From positions 1 to 32,019 of the forward strand of contig JBBTRE010000069.1 of NCBI GenBank assembly GCA_038065375.1: 32,019 nt of DNA, written 5' to 3'. The position numbers and the translations under genes were made by a program. This DNA comes from Patescibacteria group bacterium. Its GTDB lineage: Bacteria; Patescibacteriota; Minisyncoccia; UBA6257; WO2-44-18. Below, piece by piece: positions 1 to 7,755 of this stretch (position 1 is the stretch's first letter; every line of letters begins with the position of its first letter). Under the pieces are notes generated by a model. The model did not search any database, was not told where the DNA came from, and saw only the letters and a program-made list of their open reading frames with translations.

Positions 1-1678
1 CGCCACCACCTAAAAGTTTCTCCGCTCCCGCCATATCCAGAATTGTCCTTGAATCTACCTGGCTTCCTACTTGCATAGCCATCCGAGCGGTGATATTTGC
101 CTTGATCAGGCCGGTGACAACTTCTACTGACGGCCGTTGAGTAGCTACTACGAGATGAATGCCGGTGGCGCGAGCCATTTGAGCTAGCCGGACAATGGAG
201 CCCTCAATCTCTTTTCCGTAGGCCGCCATCAAGTCGGCCAATTCATCAATAATCATTACCAAATATGGCAAAGGCGGGGATTTCTTTTGATTATAAGATC
301 GAATATCACGCGCCCCGGCCTCCAGCAGGATTTCATAGCGCCGCTCCATTTCTTTGATCGCCCAGCGGAACAAACCGACTGCCTTTTTGCCCTCGACGAT
401 GACCGGAGAAATAAGATGGGGGATGCCGCCATAAACCGAAAGTTCCACCCGTTTTGGATCTACCATCGCCAGCCTCAAAGTAGCCGGGGAATTTTTATAG
501 AGAAGAGACATAATCAGAGCGTGAATGGCGACACTCTTGCCGCTACCGGTGGCTCCAGCAACTAAAAGGTGGGGCATCTTCTCAATATCAGCCATAATCG
601 GTTCGCCGCTGACGCCGCGTCCAACGATAAAGGCCAACGGTCCGGATTCCTTGAATTCCGGATAAGAAATCAGACTGCCCAATCGGACGATAGCGGCGGA
701 TTTATTCGGCACCTCAATACCAACCAGGGATTTTCCCGGGATCGGAGCTTCTATGCGGATCGGGTGAGCGGCTAAGGCCAGTGACAGATCGGAGTTGAGA
801 GCGAGGATTTTTGCTATCTTCACGCCTTCGGCCGGCTTCAGAGTGTAGCGGGTAACTTTGGGGCCGATGTTAATCTCGCCCATTTCTACCGGAATTCCAA
901 AACTATCCAGGGTTCTTTTTATTATATTAGCGTTGGCGCGCAGATCCCCGGATGTGGGTTTCTCTACCGATGATTTTAATAAGGAAGCGGGCGGGGCCAC
1001 GTAATTGCCGTATTCTTTGATTTTTAATTCCACTTTCTTTTTCTCCGGCAGAGCGGCTTCAATTTCCGGGATGTCCTCTTCTTCACCATCCTCCTCATCC
1101 ATTCCCTCTTTTTCCTCGTCTTCATCAATCTCATCATCTTCTTTGGCGCCACTATTCACTATCCGGTTTTCTCTGGTGGTTTCCTCCGATTTTTTAGTAA
1201 GCCGTTCCACCCTTTCTTCTTCCGAAAGACGGCGGAATTTTATTGAGGCATTAAAGGTTAACAGAAGCGAGGCGGCTAAAAGAAGAAAGGCCACTATAAT
1301 AGAAGCGGTATATCCAAAAGGCACTTCCAGGAAACCGACGATTTTGCCGGCCATGCCACCTCGGCCGTCCAGCAAGATATCTAATAGCCCTAACCCGGAC
1401 ACAATAAACATCACTGATCCGATTACGCTGGTGGTGATAAACATCCTTTGCCTGGAAAGGAAAAGGGTGGCGGCGACGATAATCGCGATGGTCGGCAGCA
1501 GGTAATAACCCCAGCCAAATATTTTATCCAGAACTAAATAGGCGAATTCACCAACCGGCCCGGCTTTGTGAAACGATGAAAGCAATAGTAGCGCCGCTAC
1601 GCCAAGCAGAAAAATAGCGATGATGCTATTTTTTGTTTCCGGGCTGATTCGAGAGGTTTTTTTATCGCGTTTAGCCAT
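1..1678 (-). CDS. ftsK: DNA translocase FtsK/SpoIIIE (partial, runs off the left end)
   Basis: Not in the ORF track. Manual minus-strand translation from ATG at 1678 gives MAKRDKKTSRISPETKNSIIAIFLLGVAALLLLSS (TM N-terminus). The same frame gives the Walker A region KMPHLLVAGATGSGKSV from 580, plus YLVMIIDELADLM and RLAQMARATGIHLVVATQRPSVEV. Confidence 0.95.
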   Translation of the reverse strand, partial: MAKRDKKTSRISPETKNSIIAIFLLGVAALLLLSSFHKAGPVGEFAYLVLDKIFGWGYYLLPTIAIIVAATLFLSRQRMFITTSVIGSVMFIVSGLGLLDILLDGRGGMAGKIVGFLEVPFGYTASIIVAFLLLAASLLLTFNASIKFRRLSEEERVERLTKKSEETTRENRIVNSGAKEDDEIDEDEEKEGMDEEDGEEEDIPEIEAALPEKKKVELKIKEYGNYVAPPASLLKSSVEKPTSGDLRANANIIKRTLDSFGIPVEMGEINIGPKVTRYTLKPAEGVKIAKILALNSDLSLALAAHPIRIEAPIPGKSLVGIEVPNKSAAIVRLGSLISYPEFKESGPLAFIVGRGVSGEPIMADIEKMPHLLVAGATGSGKSVAIHALIMSLLYKNSPATLRLAMVDPKRVELSVYGGIPHLISPVIVEGKKAVGLFRWAIKEMERRYEILLEAGARDIRSYNQKKSPPLPYLVMIIDELADLMAAYGKEIEGSIVRLAQMARATGIHLVVATQRPSVEVVTGLIKANITARMAMQVGSQVDSRTILDMAGAEKLLGGG

Positions 1679-1732
1679 TGTTTACATTATAATAGTTTTG
1701 CAAAGTTTCCGACATCCTTTAGTATAGAAAAT
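1679..1732. promoter_or_regulatory. Divergent sigma70-type promoters for ftsK and the HAD gene
   Basis: Minus strand: TATAAT (1691-1686) 7 nt before the ftsK ATG. Plus strand: TTGCAA(1698-1703)-16 nt-TAGTAT(1720-1725), 7 nt before ATG 1733. Confidence 0.55.
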
Positions 1733-2308
1733 ATGGCTCTTACTCCCAAAGACTTAGTTATCGGTTTTGATATGGACGGCGTTATTCTGGATAACTCCCG
1801 TAATAAAATTGCTCTCGCGGAGAAGTTTGGGTTCAGTTTGAAACTGGAGGACACGCCGTCTGAACGATTTCATTCTGTGGTGCCCGAGGTTATCCTCAAC
1901 CAGATGCGTCCTTTGCTGTATGACGATCCGGAAATGGCGTTAAAAGCAGAGACGATACGAGGGGCGATTGATGGGCTCAATAAAGTCCGGGAGGCGGGGA
2001 TATCCTATTTTTTGATCTCTCGGCGGAGGAATTGGTCGATGGCGGTCCGGTCGCTTGAACATCACGACCTTTGGCCGAAGTTTTTCAATCAGCAAAATGC
2101 CTTTTTCGTTTTTGAACCGGAAGACAAGGATGAGCGGGCGAAGGCCCTGGGCGTAAACCTCTACATTGATGATCAACCGACCGTTTTGGAAAAATTAATT
2201 TCGGTAGAGAACCGGATTTTGTTTGATCAATTCAACTTGTTCGGTAAGCCGAGCTTTCCTCACAAAAAGGTTTCTTCCTGGGAGGAGTTATTACCACATC
2301 TTTTATAA
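1733..2308 (+). CDS. HAD-superfamily hydrolase (5'(3')-nucleotidase-like)
   Basis: Motif I FDMDGV, motif II LISRR, motif III/IV K...LYIDDQ. Confidence 0.75.
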   Translation: MALTPKDLVIGFDMDGVILDNSRNKIALAEKFGFSLKLEDTPSERFHSVVPEVILNQMRPLLYDDPEMALKAETIRGAIDGLNKVREAGISYFLISRRRNWSMAVRSLEHHDLWPKFFNQQNAFFVFEPEDKDERAKALGVNLYIDDQPTVLEKLISVENRILFDQFNLFGKPSFPHKKVSSWEELLPHLL

Positions 2309-2358
2309 GGACTGCAAAAGACCGCATACGAAATTACTAAAAATACGAAAGTACGAAA

Positions 2359-2742
2359 ATGAAAAAAAAGATCTTCCAAGCTTACGACATTCGCGGTCGT
2401 TATCCAGACGAAATCAATACCGGGGCAGTCGCGGAGATTGCTGTTGTTTTAGCGAAAAAATTCGGCAAGAAAAAAGTGGTTGTTGGTCAGGACGCGCGCC
2501 TCAGCTCTCCCATGCTCAGCGCGGCAGTGATAGAGGCTCTAGTCCTTAGTCGTAAGTCGTCAAAAGTTGTTTCTCTGGGGCTCTGCACTACGCCGATGTT
2601 TTATTTTTGGTGCCATAAGTTAAAATTGCCCGGCATTATGGTGACAGCTTCCCACAATCCGAAAGATTTTAACGGCCTGAAAGTTGTCGGACCCAGCGGA
2701 GAAATAATCAGTGGGACGGAGATTAAACAATGGATTATTTAA
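2359..2742 (+). CDS. Phosphomannomutase/phosphoglucomutase, N-terminal part (domain 1)
   Basis: IFQAYDIRG, GQDARLSS, LGLCTTP and the phosphoserine loop TASHNP..FNGLK. Confidence 0.85.
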   Translation: MKKKIFQAYDIRGRYPDEINTGAVAEIAVVLAKKFGKKKVVVGQDARLSSPMLSAAVIEALVLSRKSSKVVSLGLCTTPMFYFWCHKLKLPGIMVTASHNPKDFNGLKVVGPSGEIISGTEIKQWII

Positions 2743-3647
2743 AACCTTACGTCGGATTTTTAAAAAATAAAATTAAACTAGCCGGGCCGCTAAGTGTGGT
2801 CTTTGATTGTTCCAATGGGACCACGGGAAAAGTTCTCAAAGAACTTTTCAGTATTAAGTATTCAGTATTAAGTATTAAGTATAAATTGATTAACGAAAAA
2901 CCTGATGGGAATTTCCCGGCCCACGGGCCGAACCCGATGTTGCCCGGCGCCCTGAATCAACTGAAGAGCGAGGTCAAAAAACAAAAAGCTGATTTCGGGG
3001 CGGCTTTTGATGCTGATGGAGATAGGGTATTTTTCGTGGATGATCGGGGGCGGGAGGTTCCAGGCGACGCGGTATTGGGATTGATTTGCCAGGCCTTCAA
3101 GGGACCAATCGCGGTTGATGTGCGAGCCGGCTATTTGGCCAAGGAGTTAATAAAAGCCGGTGGTAAAAGGATGGTTGAGTCCCGAGTCGGCCATTCTTTC
3201 TTTAAGAAATTGATGAAGGTTAAAAAATCTGATTTCGGCGGTGAAATTTCCGGGCATTACTATTCACCTTTGGCGACTGGTAAATCTTTTGATTCTGGCC
3301 TTGCGGCGGCGGTTTATTTCGCCAATGCGGTTTCTGAGCTAAAAAAGTTAGGCGGCAAACTCTCGGAGTGGCTGGACAGTTTGCCGAAATATTACCGTTC
3401 CGGCGAATTGAATTTTTCCGTTTCAGACAAAGATCGGATAATGAAGGGGGTTGAGAGGCATTATTCCAGACTGGCCAGAAAAGTTTCTAAAAAAGACGGA
3501 TTGAAAATGGAATTTGCTTCGCCGGCCGGCGAATGGTGGTTCATTGTCCGTCTGTCGCAAACCGAAGATTTCCTCCGGCTGTGTTTGGAGGCAAAAGATA
3601 AAAAAGTTTTTGACCGGCGGCTTGCCGAATTAAAAGCGCTACTTTAA
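2730..3647 (+). CDS. Phosphomannomutase/phosphoglucomutase, C-terminal part (domains 2-4)
   Basis: DCSNGT, PDGNFPAHGPNP, metal loop FDADGDR, sugar loop GGEISGH, and DGLK...VRLSQTE. Confidence 0.85.
   Translation: MDYLKPYVGFLKNKIKLAGPLSVVFDCSNGTTGKVLKELFSIKYSVLSIKYKLINEKPDGNFPAHGPNPMLPGALNQLKSEVKKQKADFGAAFDADGDRVFFVDDRGREVPGDAVLGLICQAFKGPIAVDVRAGYLAKELIKAGGKRMVESRVGHSFFKKLMKVKKSDFGGEISGHYYSPLATGKSFDSGLAAAVYFANAVSELKKLGGKLSEWLDSLPKYYRSGELNFSVSDKDRIMKGVERHYSRLARKVSKKDGLKMEFASPAGEWWFIVRLSQTEDFLRLCLEAKDKKVFDRRLAELKALL
2849..2883 (+). repeat. Heptamer tandem array (C/A)AGTATT x5 inside the PMM C-terminal gene
   Basis: cagtatt aagtatt cagtatt aagtatt aagtata; encodes SIKYSVLSIKY. Confidence 0.9.
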
Positions 3648-3673
3648 AATCAATTCAGAACTTTTAGAGGTCA

Positions 3674-3943
3674 GCCTCCTCCTTCTCTGTAAACTCTCTT
3701 CGCGTTGCGAGGAGAAATTACCGGGAACAAGGAGTGAGGAGGCAGCTGTATACCCTACAGCCACGACGAACGACACAGTTAACCGGGAATTTCTCCCGCA
3801 ACCCGCTCACGGGACAGGCAAATTTTATCTGATAGCTTTGTTGCCCGGATTGGAGATAGATTTCTATTCTCCAATCCGGGCGCCTCGCTCTAAGAATAAA
3901 ATTTCGCCGTGTCGCGATAGAGCTTTACAGAGAAGGAGGAGGC
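3674..3943. repeat. ~270-bp cruciform/palindromic element with 20-bp perfect terminal inverted repeats
   Basis: gcctcctccttctctgtaaa (3674-3693) is the exact reverse complement of 3924-3943. Inner stems: 3705-3724/3783-3801, and a perfect 14-bp stem 3843-3856/3868-3881. Confidence 0.85.
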
Positions 3944-3946
3944 CAA

Positions 3947-4738
3947 GTGAAGATCCTTGACGGACGCGTTCTTGCGAAGAAGATTTTTGATAGATTGATG
4001 ACTTGTCCGAAACCCGCCAAGCAATTAGCAATCTTGGTTCCGGCGAATAATGATAAAGCGAGCGAGGGATTTATCGCGGAGATCCGTGATGCCGCTCAGT
4101 CCTTAGCCGTTGCCACCAGAATTTTGTATCGGGCTGATGGCGCGACTACTAAAGATTTTGCTGAAGATCTTCGGCGTTGGGGATCCGACCCTTCAATCGG
4201 GGGGATAGTGCTGATTTTGCCGTTGCCGTCGGGTATTGATCGGGAAAGCGTTTTGTCCGCTATGCCGATAGATAAGGATATTGACTGCCTGAATCCCGCG
4301 AATAATTTCACCGTTCCTCCGGCCAGTCTGGCGGTTTATCACATCTGGCATGAGATTGTTCCGAAAGAGCTTCGTTGTATTGGCGATCCATGCAAAGTTG
4401 CGATGGTCGGGCGCGGTCTGCTGATTGGCAAGCCGATTGCTGATTCCTTGCGGGCTTATGGCCACCCCGTCTCGGTTTTCGGCAGAAATAGTGATCTGGC
4501 CGGACTGGCAGAGGCAGAGTTGGTAATTTTGGGTACCGGCGTTCCCAAGTTAATCTCGCCAACCATAGTGAAACAGGGAGCGATAGTTGTTGATTTCGGG
4601 TATCCGGGCGATTTTGACCACACCCACCCGGAAGCGGACAAGATTGCTTGGTACGTCCCCGCAAAGGGCGGCACTGGCCCGTTGCTGGTTGCCTGTCTGC
4701 TGGAAACTTTTTATCAGTTGACAGAAAGTCTCAAATAG
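3947..4738 (+). CDS. folD: FolD-family protein (methylene-THF dehydrogenase/cyclohydrolase fold), divergent paralog
   Basis: MKILDGRVLA, GGIVLILPLP, DKDIDCL, GRGLLIGKP, VVDFG, GGTGPLLVA. GTG start follows AAGGAGGAGG. Confidence 0.8.
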   Translation: MKILDGRVLAKKIFDRLMTCPKPAKQLAILVPANNDKASEGFIAEIRDAAQSLAVATRILYRADGATTKDFAEDLRRWGSDPSIGGIVLILPLPSGIDRESVLSAMPIDKDIDCLNPANNFTVPPASLAVYHIWHEIVPKELRCIGDPCKVAMVGRGLLIGKPIADSLRAYGHPVSVFGRNSDLAGLAEAELVILGTGVPKLISPTIVKQGAIVVDFGYPGDFDHTHPEADKIAWYVPAKGGTGPLLVACLLETFYQLTESLK

Positions 4739-4825
4739 TTTATTATCTTCTCGGTTCGTTAATAGGCCTTCAGTCCATTGTGGATTGATTGCCCGATTCA
4801 AGGACGTTGATTCAAGGAGGAAGAA

Positions 4826-5302
4826 ATGGGCACCGGTAAGAAACTTTGGAAGCTCGTCGCCGTTCTCGTCATTGTTTGCTCTCTCTCAGGATGCATGGGT
4901 GGTGGCGGTGGTATCGGCTGGAGTTTGACTCCTTATGGAGGTATCGGCGGCAACACCGATCGCGACCATCAGAAGGGCTTGAGTTGGCAAGCTGGTTTCT
5001 CGGTCACTCTGTTCAACCAGTTCCCGGGCGCCCCGGCGGTTCCGAACTTCCCCGGCTATTACCGCAATGATGTGCGCGTGGAAAATAACAATAACAACAG
5101 CAACACCCAGAGTCAGACGCAAAATCAAAGTCAGTCGCAGTCCCAGGAGCAGGGCCAGAGTCAGGCGGCGCCTCCCACATCTCCTCCGCCTTCGGGTGGC
5201 GATGATGACGATGGCTGCAAAGGTAAGGGCCACGGCCACGATCATCACGATGACGACCATCCTGGTGATGGACACGGTCATGATTGTGACGACGACGACT
5301 AG
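4826..5302 (+). CDS. Putative lipoprotein with Gly-, Asn/Gln- and His/Asp-rich low-complexity segments
   Basis: AAGGAGG SD upstream; signal peptide ending in lipobox LSGC; C-terminus KGHGHDHHDDDHPGDGHGHDCDDDD. Confidence 0.7.
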   Translation: MGTGKKLWKLVAVLVIVCSLSGCMGGGGGIGWSLTPYGGIGGNTDRDHQKGLSWQAGFSVTLFNQFPGAPAVPNFPGYYRNDVRVENNNNNSNTQSQTQNQSQSQSQEQGQSQAAPPTSPPPSGGDDDDGCKGKGHGHDHHDDDHPGDGHGHDCDDDD

Positions 5303-5335
5303 AAATAGCGATTAGGGATTAGTAGTTAGGAAATC

Positions 5336-5362
5336 AAAGGCCCCGAGCAATCGGGGCCTTTT
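5336..5362. terminator. Intrinsic terminator between convergent genes (possibly bidirectional)
   Basis: aaaggccccga-gcaa-tcggggccttt followed by T-rich sequence. Confidence 0.85.
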
Positions 5363-5374
5363 CATTTTCAGAAA

Positions 5375-5941
5375 TTAGAAAAGAGTCGCGGGTAAAATTT
5401 CTTCTGTCCAATTAAATTGCGCTTTCGCCGGTTGATCAGAATTCCTCTGTGGAACCATTAAATGCCCCTGTTTTTTCGCTAAGTCGTACAATTCTTTGGT
5501 TATTTTTACATCATTCAGGCAATAAGCCGCTAACTCATCCAGCTTCCCTTCATTATATAGGCGAATTGCTTCCAGGCCGCTGGAGTGAGTTTTTCCGACC
5601 CCGAGATTAGTTTTTGCTAATGAGTCCAAGCTGACGCGGTGGCCCAGCGCCAATTCTATTTCATCAAGCAAATCCAAGCGGGGCAGGGCGAAGATATTAA
5701 ATTTACAATGTTTCTCCAGAACCGGCAGGTCAAAGCGGTTCATGCTGAAGCCAATTAAAAGCCCCGCTTTTTGAATGAGCGAGGCGAGTTTGTCCATTTC
5801 ATTTTCGGCAAACGAAAGGTACTTGTCTTGGTTATAGGAATAGACACCAACAAAGGAGACTTCTAGTTTACCAACGTTGTATTGACCGCCGACATCAGCG
5901 AAGCTGTTTTTTGTTTCAATATCAATTACCAGCTTATCCAT
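5375..5941 (-). CDS. RNase H-like/DEDD 3'-5' exonuclease-domain protein (YprB-like)
   Basis: ExoI VIDIETK, ExoII GFSMNRFDLP, SLDSLA, ExoIII YCLNDV. Confidence 0.8.
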   Translation of the reverse strand: MDKLVIDIETKNSFADVGGQYNVGKLEVSFVGVYSYNQDKYLSFAENEMDKLASLIQKAGLLIGFSMNRFDLPVLEKHCKFNIFALPRLDLLDEIELALGHRVSLDSLAKTNLGVGKTHSSGLEAIRLYNEGKLDELAAYCLNDVKITKELYDLAKKQGHLMVPQRNSDQPAKAQFNWTEEILPATLF

Positions 5942-6427
5942 TTAAACGTGCTTATCCGCCACGTTGGAAGCAGCATAGCTGTCCGGCTTGGTCTTGACTT
6001 CAAAATTGTTGGCGCGGATCATTCCGACCAATTCCTGAATCATCTTTCTGGTTTCGCCATTCTGGCCGATATCAACGTGAATCGCGAAATCAAATTTAGG
6101 GGCGTCTGTAAAAGCCGCCAGTCCCTCCGAAAATTTATGAGCGGAATCCAGGGAAATTAGAACTTCCCGAGTAATGCGTTCCCGAAGGGTGTGAAACTTT
6201 ATCGTCTCACCGCTTCTGGTCCAGAAATAGCGGGCTCCTTTACCGATCCGATGCACAACGATAGCGGTAACGAAATCAGCCCTCTGGTCGGCATTGGCTT
6301 GAGAGTCGGTGCCGATTGTAACCCGGTAATCCGAAAGGCGATCCTGCTTCATAAAGTCCACAATTTGCTGGAGCACCTGATCGGCGCTAAGCGGGAACGG
6401 GATGCTGCTATTGAAGTATTTATCCAT
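5942..6427 (-). CDS. RNase H-like YkuK family protein
   Basis: IGTDSQ, TAIVVHRIGKGARYF, LRERITRE, IHVDIGQNGET, KPDSYAASNVADKH. Confidence 0.85.
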   Translation of the reverse strand: MDKYFNSSIPFPLSADQVLQQIVDFMKQDRLSDYRVTIGTDSQANADQRADFVTAIVVHRIGKGARYFWTRSGETIKFHTLRERITREVLISLDSAHKFSEGLAAFTDAPKFDFAIHVDIGQNGETRKMIQELVGMIRANNFEVKTKPDSYAASNVADKHV

Positions 6428-6486
6428 CGGTTATAAACTACCCCTTTCTGCGCGCTTTGTAAAGAAGCTGTATATAATATATATGT

Positions 6487-7665
6487 ATGCGTAAAGTTTA
6501 TCTAGACCACGCCGCTTCCACTCCGGTTGATCCAAAAGTGGAGTCGGCCATCCGGCCCTATTTTGGTAAATACTTCGGCAATCCTCACTCTATGCATCAA
6601 TTTGGTCAGGCCACCTCCCGGGCGGTCTTTGAATCTCGCAGGACTTTGGCCGAGGCAGTCGGCGCTTCACATGAAGAAATCGTCTTCACCGGGTCAGCCA
6701 CCGAAGCCAACAACCTCGCGATCCGGGGAATTTGGAAGGGCTTAAAAAGGGATGGTGGTTTGAAGAAGCCCAGGATCGTCACTTTTTCTCTGGAACATGA
6801 ATCCATTCTTAATACCTGCAAAGATTTAGCGGATGAAGGAGTGGAGACGGTGATTATTCCTTCCGACCGGCAGGGGCTCATTAATATGGAGAAATTTAAG
6901 AAAGCTCTAAACGCTGACACTATCCTGGTATCAGTGATGCACGCCAATAATGAAGTGGGTACCATTCAGCCAATTGCAAAAATAGCGGAAATCATAAAAA
7001 GGTTTAAGGCCGCCCTAATCCCTAATGGCTATACCCTATACCCTATTTTCCACACCGATGCCGTTCAGTCCTTTCAATATTTGGATTGCGATGCGGCGAA
7101 GCTAGGCGTTGATCTGATGACGCTCTCCGCTCACAAAATTTATGGCCCGAAGGGTATTGGAGCTTTGTATATTAAAAAATCGGTTCGAGGGATGATGGCG
7201 CCAATCATCACAGGTACCGGACAGGAGGGCGGTTTGCGATCCGGCACTGACAACGTGCCTTATATGGCGGGGTTTGCTAAGGCGGTTGAGTTGGTTATGA
7301 GTTCCCGCATAAAAGAATCTAAGCGAGTGGGTGATTTGAGAGATTATTTTTGGCAGCAGCTAAAGAAGTTTGCTCCAAAAGTTTTAGTGAATGGATCGCT
7401 AGAAGATCGCTTGCCTAACAATTTGAGTCTCTACTTCCCGGGTTACAAAGCGCACGACTTATTGATTAGGCTTGATCTGTCGGGCGTCGGTGTTTCTCCC
7501 GGGGCCGCTTGCTCATCCAGAGTTTCTAAGGCGTCTTACGTGCTGGAAGAGATGGGATTTCCAATTGAAAGGGCTTCCGGAAGTTTGAGATTCAGTTTGG
7601 GGCGGGCGACAAAGAAAGCTGATATTGATTACGCAATTTCTGTTATAATGAAGGTATTGGGATAG
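6487..7665 (+). CDS. iscS: Cysteine desulfurase (IscS/NifS, class I)
   Basis: YLDHAASTP, FTGSATEANN, HTDAVQ, PLP lysine SAHKIYGPKG, catalytic GAACSS. Confidence 0.92.
   Translation: MRKVYLDHAASTPVDPKVESAIRPYFGKYFGNPHSMHQFGQATSRAVFESRRTLAEAVGASHEEIVFTGSATEANNLAIRGIWKGLKRDGGLKKPRIVTFSLEHESILNTCKDLADEGVETVIIPSDRQGLINMEKFKKALNADTILVSVMHANNEVGTIQPIAKIAEIIKRFKAALIPNGYTLYPIFHTDAVQSFQYLDCDAAKLGVDLMTLSAHKIYGPKGIGALYIKKSVRGMMAPIITGTGQEGGLRSGTDNVPYMAGFAKAVELVMSSRIKESKRVGDLRDYFWQQLKKFAPKVLVNGSLEDRLPNNLSLYFPGYKAHDLLIRLDLSGVGVSPGAACSSRVSKASYVLEEMGFPIERASGSLRFSLGRATKKADIDYAISVIMKVLG
7013..7047 (+). repeat. Degenerate heptamer array CCCTA(A/T)(T/A) x5 inside the cysteine desulfurase gene
   Basis: ccctaat ccctaat ggctata ccctata ccctatt; encodes LIPNGYTLYPI just before the HTDAVQ motif. 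Confidence 0.8.
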
Positions 7666-7674
7666 CGGGGGTCA

Positions 7675-7703
7675 TTGCAGTCAGCTCTTTTTAGTGGTAT
7701 AAT
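7675..7703 (+). promoter_or_regulatory. Sigma70 promoter of clpB
   Basis: TTGCAG(7675-7680)-17 nt-TATAAT(7698-7703), with an extended -10 TG. Confidence 0.7.
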
Positions 7704-7711
7704 GCAACCGC

Positions 7712-7746
7712 TTTTAGTTTTTAACTTTTTACTTTAAACTTTTAAC
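7712..7746 (+). repeat. Heptamer array TTTTAAC-like x5 in the clpB leader
   Basis: ttttagt ttttaac tttttac tttaaac ttttaac. Confidence 0.75.
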
Positions 7747-7755
7747 TTATTGTAT

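Noticed and set aside
287-1505. Plus-strand ORFs 287-565, 569-775 and 1005-1505
   Set aside because: They are antisense shadows of ftsK, which the track missed because it lacks a stop in the window.
3731-3775. UGAGGA-stem-GAA resembling a hammerhead ribozyme core
   Set aside because: It lacks the C of CUGANGA and the GAAA, and I find no stem III/NUH cleavage site.
3648-3946. THF or ZMP/ZTP riboswitch upstream of folD
   Set aside because: I could not match the recalled consensus elements, and the strand-symmetric arms fit a palindromic repeat better. An Rfam search is needed to exclude this formally.
6487-7665. Cysteine desulfurase as the sulfur donor for SqdB
   Set aside because: IscS yields persulfide rather than sulfite, lies about 17 kb away and has ordinary housekeeping roles.
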